Assembly: GCA_023267595.1 (NCBI GenBank)
Contig: JAHFNB010000002.1
Location: forward strand, 23,947 to 87,946
Length of the DNA: 64,000 bases
Direction: 5' to 3'
Source of the DNA: a bacterium
GTDB taxonomy: Bacteria; Patescibacteriota; Minisyncoccia; Phycocordibacterales; UBA5272
Positions 1 through 8,831 of this stretch are shown piece after piece; within the stretch, counting starts at the first letter, position 1; every line of letters starts with the position of its first letter. Position numbers and translations under genes: made by a program. Below the pieces are notes generated by a model. It ran no database searches. It was not told the DNA's origin and saw only the letters and a list, made by a program, of their open reading frames with translations.

Positions 1-67
1 TCGCATATGTAATAACAAAAATTATAAAAAATTTTTTAAAAAAATAAAAAATAAAAAATAAAAAAAG

Positions 68-76
68 TTATCCACA
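68..76 (+). promoter_or_regulatory. Perfect DnaA box TTATCCACA after an A-rich tract
   Basis: Exact match to the canonical DnaA box; positions 10-67 are almost entirely A/T. Confidence 0.5.
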
Positions 77-203
77 TATTTTGTATGTGTATCTATTGTG
101 TGTGTATGATTGCACTGACATACTTATGTGTAGAGAGTCTGATCATGGTCGTGATCATAAAACAATTTACAAATCGCTCTCAAAATTTGAGTACTAAAAT
201 TTT

Positions 204-281
204 ATGGCAAAGAAAAGAAAAGCTGCTAAGAAGTCACACAAGAAGGCTTCAAAGAAGCGAAAGTCAGCAAAGCGTGCTTAG
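204..281 (+). CDS. 25-aa Lys/Arg/Ala-rich basic peptide MAKKRKAAKKSHKKASKKRKSAKRA (not in ORF track)
   Basis: ATG at 204, TAG at 279-281; strongly biased composition; followed by a terminator hairpin. Confidence 0.7.
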   Translation: MAKKRKAAKKSHKKASKKRKSAKRA

Positions 282-300
282 TCACACTTTGTGAAAATAG

Positions 301-340
301 AAGAAAAAGCATATGCTCCCACATATGCTTTTTCTTTTCT
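301..340 (+). terminator. Intrinsic terminator after the basic peptide
   Basis: AAGAAAAAGCATATG-ctccca-CATATGCTTTTTCTT inverted repeat plus T tract. Confidence 0.7.
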
Positions 341-461
341 TTATCATAAAACTATTTCATCTACGTTGTTGCAGTTGCAGTTTTATCAGTCAACGTACTT
401 CTGTGTACGTTTTCTTCTAAAACTTTACTGCGCCTCGTCTCTAAAACAGTTTTCTGATAAA
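340..461. repeat. ~120-bp nested imperfect palindrome (MITE/REP-like)
   Basis: Terminal inverted repeats TTTATCATAAAACTATTT / AAACAGTTTTCTGATAAA; inner GCAGT..AGTTTTA / TAAAACT..ACTGC; core AACGTAC/GTACGTT. Confidence 0.55.
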
Positions 462-509
462 TTTTTTTCTCATGAAAAAGCACTCCTTTTATGATATAAT
501 ACTTGGATA

Positions 510-3050
510 ATGTCAATTATTTCAAAGTTTTTCCCTGATGAGTCTAAAAAGACTATTAAAAGTCTGTCTCCAATTGTGGATGCAGTTTTTGCGCATGAAG
601 AAGCATTGAAATCTCTCACAGATATAGAACTTAAACACAAAGGTATTTCTCTTAAGGAACGTGTTCAAAAAGAAATAGAAGGATTATCAGGTGTAGAATT
701 AAAGCGAAAAGAAAAAGAAATCCTTGACGAAGTCTTACCACTTGCATTTGCACTTGTTCGCGAAGCATCTCGTCGTACATTACATATGATGCATTACCGT
801 GTACAGGTTATTGGTGGAATACTTCTCCATCGTGGTCATATCGCAGAAATGCGTACTGGTGAAGGAAAAACACTTGCTGCAACATTACCTGCATATTTAA
901 ACGCACTCACTGGTCGTGGTGTACACATTGTTACGGTGAATGATTATTTGTCACGTCGTGATGCCGTATGGATGGGACAAGTTTATGATGCACTTGGTAT
1001 TAGTGTGTCAGTAATTAATCATCAATCATCATTTATGTATGATAGTGAACATTTAAATAAAGAGGAAAGTAAAGATGACGCAAAACGAGATGAAGTCGGG
1101 TCATACAAAGTTATCTATGATTTCTTAAAGCCATGTAATCGTCAGGATGCATATAAAGCAGATATTACCTATGGAACAAATAATGAATTTGGTTTTGACT
1201 ATTTACGTGACAATATTGGCTATAATAAAGAATTAATTACACAACATACCCATCACTATGCAATTGTTGATGAAATAGACTCTATTTTAATAGATGAAGC
1301 ACGAACCCCTCTTATTATTTCTGCACCTTCTGTTGAGTCTAGTGATATGTATACCAAGTTCGCACGTATTGCAGATTCTCTTATTGAAGGAGATGATTAT
1401 ACCGTAGATGAAAAACAACGAGCAATTGCACTTACTGAATCAGGAATTAATAAAGCAGAGAGTACACTTGGCATACAGAATATCTATTCTATAGAGGGAA
1501 TGAAGTATGTGCATCATCTTGAAACTGCAGTACGTGCCAAGGCGCTTTTTATAAAAGAGCGTGAATATGTTGTGCGAGATAATGCAGTTGTTATTGTGGA
1601 TGAGTTCACAGGGCGTATGCAACCAGGGCGTCGTTGGTCAGATGGATTGCACCAAGCAGTCGAAGCAAAAGAAGGAGTAAAGATTGAACAAGAGTCACGC
1701 ACACTTGCCTCTATTACATTTCAGAATTATTTTCGTTTCTATGAAAAGTTATCAGGAATGACAGGAACTGCAGATACTTCAAAAGAAGAGTTCTATAAAG
1801 TATATGGTCTTGTGGTGACCCCTGTTCCTACACATAATCCTATCAATCGTATTGATCATGAAGATTATATTTTCCAAACAGAAAAAGGTAAATGGCAAGC
1901 ACTTACCAGAAAGATACAAGAATTACATACAAAAGGCCAACCAGTACTCATAGGTACTATCTCTATTGAGAAAAACGAAGAGATTTCAAAGTATCTAGAA
2001 CGTGCAGGTATTCCTCATACTATCTTAAACGCAAAGAATCATGAGAAGGAAGGAGAAATTATTGCAGAAGCCGGAAAGAAAGGTGCAGTAACTATTGCAA
2101 CAAACATGGCAGGTCGTGGTGTGGATATTAAATTAGGAGGTCCAAGTGCAACTGATGCAGAGCGTGAAGAGGTGCTTTCACTTGGTGGATTATTCGTGAT
2201 TGGAACAGAACGTCACGAAGCACGTCGTATCGATAATCAGTTACGTGGACGTTCTGGTCGTCAAGGAGATAAAGGCGAGACACAATTTTACGTATCTCTA
2301 GAAGATGATCTCATGCGTGTGTTTGGATCAAGTAATATAAAAAGTATGATGGGACGTTTTGGTATTCCAGAGGATGAACCGGTTGCAAGTAAACTTGTAT
2401 CACGTGCTCTTGAAGGTGCACAAGAAAAAATAGAAGGATTTCACTTTGATACACGTAAACACACACTTCAGTATGATGATGTATTGAATCATCAACGTAC
2501 CAGTATTTATGACAAGCGTCGCAAAATCTTGTTTAATGATGAGTCATTCGTCGATGAAGTGTTCGCAGAATTAATTGCACAGAAACCTGAACTTGAGAAT
2601 ATTCTTGTACAAAAAGAAGAAAAATATACACGTGAGGCTGTGCGTCATATCGTGCGAGTTATGATGTTACAAATTATTGATACTTTATGGATGGAGCATT
2701 TGGATGCAATGGAACATTTACGAAACAGTGTGAATCTCCGTGCTTATGGTCAACGTGATCCGCTCGTTGAATATAAAAAAGAAGGATTACAAGCATTCCG
2801 ATCTCTTGAGCAGTCACTTCGTAATGAACTTATTGTATTTATTGAAAATATTGATGGATTTTTTGCTTCACAACAAGCCGCACAAAATCAGCAATTTGTT
2901 CCCGTTATGGGCAGTGGAGAAAAAAGCGGAAGTGCTCCATCAGATAAAATCGGTAGAAATGATACATGTCCTTGTGGTAGTGGCAAGAAGTGGAAGAAGT
3001 GTGGAGAATTAAATACTGATGAACACAAACAATTGATGGAGAAGAAATAA
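510..3050 (+). CDS. secA: Preprotein translocase subunit SecA
   Basis: EMRTGEGKT Walker A, VDEIDSILIDEARTPLIIS, QLRGRSGRQGD, C-terminal SEC-C motif CPCGSGKKWKKC. Confidence 0.98.
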   Translation: MSIISKFFPDESKKTIKSLSPIVDAVFAHEEALKSLTDIELKHKGISLKERVQKEIEGLSGVELKRKEKEILDEVLPLAFALVREASRRTLHMMHYRVQVIGGILLHRGHIAEMRTGEGKTLAATLPAYLNALTGRGVHIVTVNDYLSRRDAVWMGQVYDALGISVSVINHQSSFMYDSEHLNKEESKDDAKRDEVGSYKVIYDFLKPCNRQDAYKADITYGTNNEFGFDYLRDNIGYNKELITQHTHHYAIVDEIDSILIDEARTPLIISAPSVESSDMYTKFARIADSLIEGDDYTVDEKQRAIALTESGINKAESTLGIQNIYSIEGMKYVHHLETAVRAKALFIKEREYVVRDNAVVIVDEFTGRMQPGRRWSDGLHQAVEAKEGVKIEQESRTLASITFQNYFRFYEKLSGMTGTADTSKEEFYKVYGLVVTPVPTHNPINRIDHEDYIFQTEKGKWQALTRKIQELHTKGQPVLIGTISIEKNEEISKYLERAGIPHTILNAKNHEKEGEIIAEAGKKGAVTIATNMAGRGVDIKLGGPSATDAEREEVLSLGGLFVIGTERHEARRIDNQLRGRSGRQGDKGETQFYVSLEDDLMRVFGSSNIKSMMGRFGIPEDEPVASKLVSRALEGAQEKIEGFHFDTRKHTLQYDDVLNHQRTSIYDKRRKILFNDESFVDEVFAELIAQKPELENILVQKEEKYTREAVRHIVRVMMLQIIDTLWMEHLDAMEHLRNSVNLRAYGQRDPLVEYKKEGLQAFRSLEQSLRNELIVFIENIDGFFASQQAAQNQQFVPVMGSGEKSGSAPSDKIGRNDTCPCGSGKKWKKCGELNTDEHKQLMEKK

Positions 3051-3088
3051 GTTGCTGCAGATACTCTATGGTAGAATAGTATATATCT

Positions 3089-4369
3089 ATGAAAGATCTT
3101 GTTAAGCAACTCGTTGTTGCTATCCTTACATGGGAAGCAAAGGTAGTTCTCTCAAAATATAAACCGTTTATTATTGGTGTTACTGGAAACCTTGGAAAGA
3201 CGAGTACCAAAGATGCAATCTACGCAGTTATGAAACAACATGTGTATGTGCGTCGTAGTGAGAAGAGTTTAAATAGTGAGTTTGGTGTACCACTTACTAT
3301 ACTTGGTGAAAAATCAGGATGGAATAATCCACTTCGTTGGCTTATGATTATTGTAAGAGGTTTTTTCGTATCCTTTAAAAGTAATTATCCTACACATCTT
3401 GTGCTTGAAATTGGTGCAGATAGACCAGGGGATATACAAAAGGTTTCCAAATGGTTACATCCTGATATTGTTGTGGTAACACAATTTGGTCAAGTTCCCG
3501 TACATGTGGAGTTTTTTGAAAATAGAGATGCGGTGGTTAATGAGAAAGGATATCTTGTTGAGGTACTTAAAGATACTGGATTATTTATTTATAATGCAGA
3601 TGATAATGATGCTCAGAAATTATTAAGTAAGACACAAGCAAGAAAAGTAAGTGTAGGTATTCATGAACAAGCCGATATAAAGGCAAACAATGTACGTATG
3701 TATGGTACTCCACTTATAGGCACTGAAGCAGATGTACTTATTGAAGATAAAGAATATCATATTGTTTTACCTGAAGTTGTAGGTAAGTCCCCTATCTATT
3801 CATCACTTCCGGCATTAGCAATCGCGCGAGAGTTATCTATTCCACTTGAAATTGCGTGTGCATCTCTCCGGGATTCTGATAAACCAAAAGGTCGTATGCG
3901 ACTATTATCTGGTATGAACGGTTCAATCATTATTGATGATACCTATAATGCATCTCCAAAAGCAACAGAGCATGGTCTTAAGACTCTTGCTGATATAGAA
4001 ACAAAGGGGAGAAAAATTGCTGTGTTAGGGGATATGCTTGAACTCGGTGAGTTTACTCATGATGAACATTATAAGATCGGTAAAGTTGCGGCAAAGTCTT
4101 GTCATAAATTATATACAGTTGGAATACGCGCGCGAGTTATTGCAGAAGGTGCACTTGATGAAAAGATGGAGGATATCCATATTATGGAATGCGATACATC
4201 AGTGGATGCAGGTAAGGAATTGGTACAAGTACTTAAAGAAGGTGATGTTGTGTATGTTAAGGGTTCTCAGAGTATGCGTATGGAACGTGCTGTAAAAATG
4301 ATTCTTGCCGAGTCTCATGAGCCATACAAAGTCTTAGTTCGCCAAGAAAAAGATTGGCAAAAGAGATAA
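3089..4369 (+). CDS. murF: Mur ligase, UDP-MurNAc-tripeptide--D-Ala-D-Ala ligase-like
   Basis: GVTGNLGKTSTK P-loop, IIDDTYNASP, VLGDMLELG, VKGSQSMRME. Confidence 0.85.
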   Translation: MKDLVKQLVVAILTWEAKVVLSKYKPFIIGVTGNLGKTSTKDAIYAVMKQHVYVRRSEKSLNSEFGVPLTILGEKSGWNNPLRWLMIIVRGFFVSFKSNYPTHLVLEIGADRPGDIQKVSKWLHPDIVVVTQFGQVPVHVEFFENRDAVVNEKGYLVEVLKDTGLFIYNADDNDAQKLLSKTQARKVSVGIHEQADIKANNVRMYGTPLIGTEADVLIEDKEYHIVLPEVVGKSPIYSSLPALAIARELSIPLEIACASLRDSDKPKGRMRLLSGMNGSIIIDDTYNASPKATEHGLKTLADIETKGRKIAVLGDMLELGEFTHDEHYKIGKVAAKSCHKLYTVGIRARVIAEGALDEKMEDIHIMECDTSVDAGKELVQVLKEGDVVYVKGSQSMRMERAVKMILAESHEPYKVLVRQEKDWQKR

Positions 4370-4405
4370 GGCAGGGGTTCTGTGCTATAATTTCGGGTAC
4401 TTTTC

Positions 4406-4480
4406 GGCCCTATCGTCTATCGGTTAGGACGTATCCTTCTCAAGGATAAAAGCGCGGTTCGATTCCGCGTAGGGTCACCA
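4406..4480 (+). tRNA. tRNA-Glu(CTC), CCA encoded
   Basis: Acceptor GGCCCTA/TAGGGTC, anticodon arm TATCC-TTCTCAA-GGATA, T-loop TTCGATT. Confidence 0.93.
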
Positions 4481-4536
4481 ATTAGTGCTAGTACGAGAGG
4501 TATGAAATAAATTTATTCAGTGTTATTATTGACAGT

Positions 4537-6258
4537 ATGAGTTTTAAGTTTAAATCAGAGGATAAATCAATTGAAGAAGCTTTGTTTGGAATAAACAACC
4601 TAAGAGTTCCTCAGTTTCAAAGGCCTTACACATGGGAAGAAGACCAGTGCGGGGATTTTTGGAATGATCTAACTGATGATGATTCTTTTTTTCTGGGACA
4701 ATTTATTCTTAACTTCGAAAACAAGGAAAAGGAAAAATTTGTAGACATTGTTGATGGTCAACAAAGAACGACAAGTATATTAATACTATGTGCCGTTTTC
4801 CGCGATAAGTTAAAAGAGTTAGGTTTTAACGATGACGCAGATGTAATACAGGACAATGTGATGATTAGTAGAAAAAGTTTTGACGGGCCAGTCTTTAAGG
4901 TGCTGGTTTCACCCAACGTTAGTTCTTTTTTTGAAAAACACATTCAAACGGGTCAGAATGTGATTCAAACTAATACTTCATTTGATAATGATGAAGAAAA
5001 GAGGGTGATAAAAAACTATCTATTTTTTAAGGAGCAACTTAATGAACGCCTGTCTGGTTTAGATTTAAGTCATCAAGTCAAAGAAATAAAAAGAATTCAA
5101 ACTTTTCTGCTCAACACTAGAATAATTGTTACAGAAATCTATGATGAAAATGATGCTTATGAAATTTTTGAATCTGTGAATAATACAGGTATAGAGCTTG
5201 GGGTTGCGGACCTATTAAAAAATTTCTTGTTCAAGAGAGTTAAAATTGAAGAAGGGGGTTCAGTGTCAGATATAATGGATAAATGGAATGAAGTTTTAGA
5301 AAATGTCCAAAATTCTGAATTAACAAAATTTATAAGATATTATTGGCTTTCAAAACAAAAGGTTTTTGTAACTGAAGCAAAATTGTTTAAAGCAATCAAA
5401 AATCACCCTATAACCAGTGGTAAAGTATTACTACAAGAGCTTGTCGATAACGCTAAAATCTATTATGATTTACGAAACCCTCTTGATGCTGATTTTCAAA
5501 ATGTAGAGAACGTAGAAAGAGTTAGAAATTCCCTCATAGGAATAAGAGAGATGAATATTACTCAATGTTATGTTTTATTACTCTCTATCTATAGAAATAA
5601 AGATAAGATTAATACAAATTGGATAACAGTTTTTGAGCTTATTGAAAAATTTAATTTTATTTATCATGCTGTATCAAAATTACCAGCAAATAAGGTAGAA
5701 AAATTGTATCAAGAACTTGCCTTTAAAATAGAAGACATTGTAAACAAGAATGAAAACAGTGATTCGATGAGAGTTATTTTGGAAACTGAATTCAATAATC
5801 TTGAGAATAAATTAAAATCACTATTGCCCCCTAAAGAGGTTTTTATTCTAGGTTTTTCAGATCTCACTTATAAAAAGAAAGGTCTATGTCGATATACATT
5901 ATCAAAAATCGAAGAAAGTTTTGGAACCAAAGAGTATGTGCTTAACCACCCTACAATTACCATTGAGCATATATTACCTCAAAAACCTGGGAAAGACTGG
6001 AATTTAACATCCGGACAAATAAAAAACTATGTTCACAATATAGGTAATTTAACATTACTAGGTAAAAAACCTAATGGCACAGTTCAAAATAAGTCTATTG
6101 CAGATAAAATCATTATTTTAAAAGAATCAACAGAAGTAAAAATAACCCAGAAACTACTTTCTCAGATTGAGCCTACTGGTATATGGAATGAGGAATCTAT
6201 TAAAAGTCGAGCTATAGAGTTGGCAAATGTTGCCTTTGATAAGGTCTGGAAAATCTAA
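4537..6258 (+). CDS. GmrSD-family (DUF262 + DUF1524/HNH) modification-dependent restriction protein
   Basis: PQFQRPYTW, IVDGQQRTT, FESVNNTG (DUF262); TIEHILPQ...IGNLTLL...N (HNH-type DUF1524). Confidence 0.88.
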   Translation: MSFKFKSEDKSIEEALFGINNLRVPQFQRPYTWEEDQCGDFWNDLTDDDSFFLGQFILNFENKEKEKFVDIVDGQQRTTSILILCAVFRDKLKELGFNDDADVIQDNVMISRKSFDGPVFKVLVSPNVSSFFEKHIQTGQNVIQTNTSFDNDEEKRVIKNYLFFKEQLNERLSGLDLSHQVKEIKRIQTFLLNTRIIVTEIYDENDAYEIFESVNNTGIELGVADLLKNFLFKRVKIEEGGSVSDIMDKWNEVLENVQNSELTKFIRYYWLSKQKVFVTEAKLFKAIKNHPITSGKVLLQELVDNAKIYYDLRNPLDADFQNVENVERVRNSLIGIREMNITQCYVLLLSIYRNKDKINTNWITVFELIEKFNFIYHAVSKLPANKVEKLYQELAFKIEDIVNKNENSDSMRVILETEFNNLENKLKSLLPPKEVFILGFSDLTYKKKGLCRYTLSKIEESFGTKEYVLNHPTITIEHILPQKPGKDWNLTSGQIKNYVHNIGNLTLLGKKPNGTVQNKSIADKIIILKESTEVKITQKLLSQIEPTGIWNEESIKSRAIELANVAFDKVWKI

Positions 6259-6408
6259 ATCTACGCACGAGAAGGGTCAAAATGATATGCTAAAAACAAA
6301 CAAATAAACCTTGTGGGGGGGAATGAACCCATTAAGTTCTACCTGTTGAACGCTCACAGATAACAATGAGCAGTATTTTGGTGCGATTTTCATATTTGTG
6401 ATCCTATA

Positions 6409-6515
6409 GCAAGCCAACTGCTTGGCTTGCGAAGGAATCGAATAGGGGTCGAGGAGTCTCCTGTTTCGAACGAAGTAAGAAACGAGACGAGGTGACCGAT
6501 TCCGCGTAGGGTCAC
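6409..6515 (+). repeat. tRNA-linked hairpin module, copy 1 (Glu)
   Basis: GCAAGCCAA-CTGC-TTGGCTTGC; GGAATCGAA (inverted T-arm); TAGGGGTC...GAC; direct tRNA 3' fragment. Confidence 0.7.
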
Positions 6516-6594
6516 AGAATTGTCTTTTACCAAAAAACCTTTATTTTATAAGGTTTTTTGGTTATTACTATATAGGTTTCTTGGGCTAAAATGC

Positions 6595-6623
6595 TTGACA
6601 AAGGTGTTTAAATCTGCTATAAT
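6595..6623 (+). promoter_or_regulatory. Consensus sigma70 promoter
   Basis: TTGACA-17 bp-TATAAT with extended TG; about 125-nt leader to the ATG at 6755. Confidence 0.8.
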
Positions 6624-6754
6624 GACACACAATAGTGGACGTGTAAATACCTTAGATTATCAACGTGTAATAACAACGATTTCTCTGGTATTTTATTTTC
6701 ACTCACTATTTTCAGAAGACACAGGACCGTTTTATGGAGCGTAACCATTAAACT

Positions 6755-7291
6755 ATGATCAAAAACATTTATAAGGTAAGTCAAATACTCGCGTTTGTGC
6801 CATTCATGGCCATCCCAAGTATCTCACTTGCTTCACATATTGGCTCACTGAAAACTGCTTCTGTAACCACAGAACAAGTCTCAGTTGAAGATCTCCGTCA
6901 AGAAAAAGCAGATGCCATCGATTCTTATTTTAAGGATCGTTCAATGCCACTTAAAGGTACAGGTATGACATTCGTACTCGTTGCCGAGAAGTATGGTCTT
7001 GATTGGCGTCTACTTCCTGCAATTGCAGTTCGTGAATCCTCAGGTGGAAAGAATGCGTGTGGAAACAATCCATTCGGTTGGGGATCATGTAAGTTACATA
7101 ACTTCGGAAGTTTTGAACAGGCTATTGAATCTCTAGGTAAAAACTTAGGAGGTGCTAACCCAAAGACTGCTCGATACTATGCTGGAAAGTCAACTGCAGA
7201 AAAGTTATATCACTATAACGGTACTGTACTTGCTACATATCCAGATGAAGTTACTGAAATTATGAAATTAATCGAGACCGATAATAGTTAA
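6755..7291 (+). CDS. Secreted lysozyme-like / glucosaminidase-family peptidoglycan hydrolase
   Basis: N-terminal signal; LDWRLLPAIAVRESSGGK (putative catalytic Glu), NNPFGWG, YHYNG. Confidence 0.7.
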   Translation: MIKNIYKVSQILAFVPFMAIPSISLASHIGSLKTASVTTEQVSVEDLRQEKADAIDSYFKDRSMPLKGTGMTFVLVAEKYGLDWRLLPAIAVRESSGGKNACGNNPFGWGSCKLHNFGSFEQAIESLGKNLGGANPKTARYYAGKSTAEKLYHYNGTVLATYPDEVTEIMKLIETDNS

Positions 7292-7356
7292 TATAATTAT
7301 CGATCTCGCGTGCCCCGCGAAACATACATGTGAAGTGGGGTAACTCATACCAGAGT

Positions 7357-7397
7357 AAACAAAAACACGACCCGCAAAGGTCGTGTTTTTGTTTTTT
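7357..7397 (+). terminator. Intrinsic terminator
   Basis: AAACAAAAACACGACC-cgcaaa-GGTCGTGTTTTTGTTT. Confidence 0.75.
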
Positions 7398-7445
7398 ATA
7401 TGAATGGTACACTTATGTGTAGGATCTTTATGAGAGGAGATAGCC

Positions 7446-7568
7446 ATGTACCATATTTTATATAATCCACCAATTTGGATGTTACTGTGGTACAACATGT
7501 GGTGGTCTGCGTATAATCCGCACACCTACATGTCATCAAGGAAACGTGTGGCTGCAAATGACGAGTAA
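7446..7568 (+). CDS. 40-aa Trp/Tyr/Met-rich small ORF ending AANDE (not in ORF track)
   Basis: GAGGAG 6 nt before the ATG, TGG-TACACT -10 upstream, terminator directly downstream. Confidence 0.5.
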   Translation: MYHILYNPPIWMLLWYNMWWSAYNPHTYMSSRKRVAANDE

Positions 7569-7574
7569 CTTTCT

Positions 7575-7611
7575 CAAAGACCAAAATTGTTTTCAAACAT
7601 TTTGGTCTTTG
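7575..7611. terminator. Hairpin between the convergent small ORF and mscL
   Basis: CAAAGACCAAAAT...ATTTTGGTCTTTG inverted repeat. Confidence 0.65.
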
Positions 7612-7616
7612 TCTGT

Positions 7617-7916
7617 TTAATCTTTCTTATCTAGTTTATCTAATCCCAATTTCTTAACACCGAAGTAGACAACACATGCGATGATAATAAAATTAACACA
7701 TGCCCCAATAAATACTCCATATTCTATTGTTGCACCATATATTGTAAATGAGGCATTTTGTATACTCCCAAAAACAGAAAGTAATACTTGGAGTATAGGA
7801 TTGATAATATTTGTGACAATTGATTTTACAAGATCACTAATTGCGCCCCCGAGTATAAAACCAACTGCTAGACCAACTACACCTTGAGAACGAATAAATT
7901 CTAAAAATCCTTTCAT
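7617..7916 (-). CDS. mscL: Large-conductance mechanosensitive channel (99 aa; true start MKGFLEF)
   Basis: FLEFIRSQGVVGLAVGFILG, SIVTNIINP, YGVFIGACVNFIIIA; the ORF-track extension to 8099 overlaps tRNA-Ser. Confidence 0.9.
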   Translation of the reverse strand: MKGFLEFIRSQGVVGLAVGFILGGAISDLVKSIVTNIINPILQVLLSVFGSIQNASFTIYGATIEYGVFIGACVNFIIIACVVYFGVKKLGLDKLDKKD

Positions 7917-8001
7917 ATATATTATTAAATATTTTATAGAAGTTAGTATATCTTTTATCATTAGAAAGCAATAGTGAAGTGTGTTAGAATAAAGCCCATT
8001 C

Positions 8002-8089
8002 GGAGATGTGGCTGAGTTGGTCGAAGGCACCTCACTGCTAACGAGGCAAGGGTTTACGCCCTTCGCGAGTTCGAATCTCGCCGTCTCCG
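8002..8089 (+). tRNA. tRNA-Ser(GCT)
   Basis: GGAGATG/CGTCTCC acceptor, loop CTGCTAA, long variable arm, G73. Confidence 0.92.
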
Positions 8090-8102
8090 CATATACCATC
8101 TT

Positions 8103-8192
8103 GGAGAGATGGATGAGTGGTTTAAATCAACGGTTTACTAAACCGTCGACCTTTTATTAGGTCCGTGGGTTCGAATCCCACTCTCTCCGCCA
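8103..8192 (+). tRNA. tRNA-Ser with unusual ACT anticodon
   Basis: GGAGAGA/TCTCTCC acceptor, ACGGT-TTACTAA-ACCGT arm (anticodon 8137-8139), long variable arm, G73, CCA. Confidence 0.88.
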
Positions 8193-8300
8193 GTTTAAAA
8201 GTATTTTGTATATACCTAACTTTACTTGTTAGATATTGCTATACTAAACAAAAGACCTAGTCGGTTCTTATTTATTAATTAACATATAGACATAATAATA

Positions 8301-8765
8301 ATGAAAAAAGTATATCTGAGTATCATAATCACACTCTCAACATTGTCACTGACATATGCAGAAGAAGCACAGAAACAAATGCCTCCACAAGTGGCACCCA
8401 TGGTCTCTACTGGAGATGTAAAGATAGACGAGCAAATCAAAGCATTGAATAAGGAAATGGAAGAGAAGATCAAAGCAATTCGCGATGATTATCTAACACG
8501 AATTAAAGCAATTGTAGGAACAAGAAAAGTTATGATGGCATCCACAACTCCACGAGGAATGATGGAAGGAGAAAAAAGAGGAATGAATGAAGGAAAGAAA
8601 ATGGGTCGCCCTATGATGGGAACATCAACAGATGGAACTATGCAACCTCCGATGAGACGAGCAGAGGTGCGAGGTGTAGAAACAGAGAATCTTAATCAAG
8701 TTGGTAATGCATTTGGTCCACGTATTCAAAATTTCTTAAAAGGATTTTTTGGAGGAGGCGAATAA
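8301..8765 (+). CDS. Secreted hypothetical protein (coiled coil, Met/Gly-rich)
   Basis: Signal peptide MKKVYLSIIITLSTLSLTYA; low-complexity body. Confidence 0.7.
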   Translation: MKKVYLSIIITLSTLSLTYAEEAQKQMPPQVAPMVSTGDVKIDEQIKALNKEMEEKIKAIRDDYLTRIKAIVGTRKVMMASTTPRGMMEGEKRGMNEGKKMGRPMMGTSTDGTMQPPMRRAEVRGVETENLNQVGNAFGPRIQNFLKGFFGGGE

Positions 8766-8792
8766 TAGAGAACTTTGGTTCTAGTACAGCAC

Positions 8793-8830
8793 TATATAAA
8801 CATCCCTGTGGAAGCAGGGATATTTATATA
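8793..8830. terminator. Hairpin between convergent genes
   Basis: TATATAAACATCCCTG-tggaag-CAGGGATATTTATATA. Confidence 0.6.
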
Positions 8831-8831
8831 G

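Larger units (their letters stand above)
4460..6515 (+). mobile_element. Integrase-less genomic islet at tRNA-Glu bounded by a 19-bp direct repeat
   Basis: CGATTCCGCGTAGGGTCAC occurs at 4460-4478 (tRNA 3' end) and 6497-6515; one defence gene lies between. Confidence 0.75.

Noticed and set aside
1-130. oriC at the AT-rich tract plus DnaA box
   Set aside because: Only one box is visible and there is no dnaA/dnaN; sequence beyond the window edge is needed
6259-6408. Integrase remnant for the tRNA-Glu islet
   Set aside because: No ORF or recognisable tyrosine-recombinase motif is visible
7300-7570. tmRNA suggested by the AANDE-coding sequence
   Set aside because: No tRNA-like domain, T-loop or CCA end; a stop follows E directly with no hydrophobic degron
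7917-8099. N-terminal extension of the mscL ORF
   Set aside because: It runs antisense across tRNA-Ser; MscL homology starts at 7916
8103-8192. AGA/AGG reassignment to Ser implied by tRNA-Ser(ACT)
   Set aside because: AGA encodes conserved Arg here, e.g. SecA GRND (GGT AGA AAT GAT) and DEAD-box DEADRM (GAT AGA ATG)
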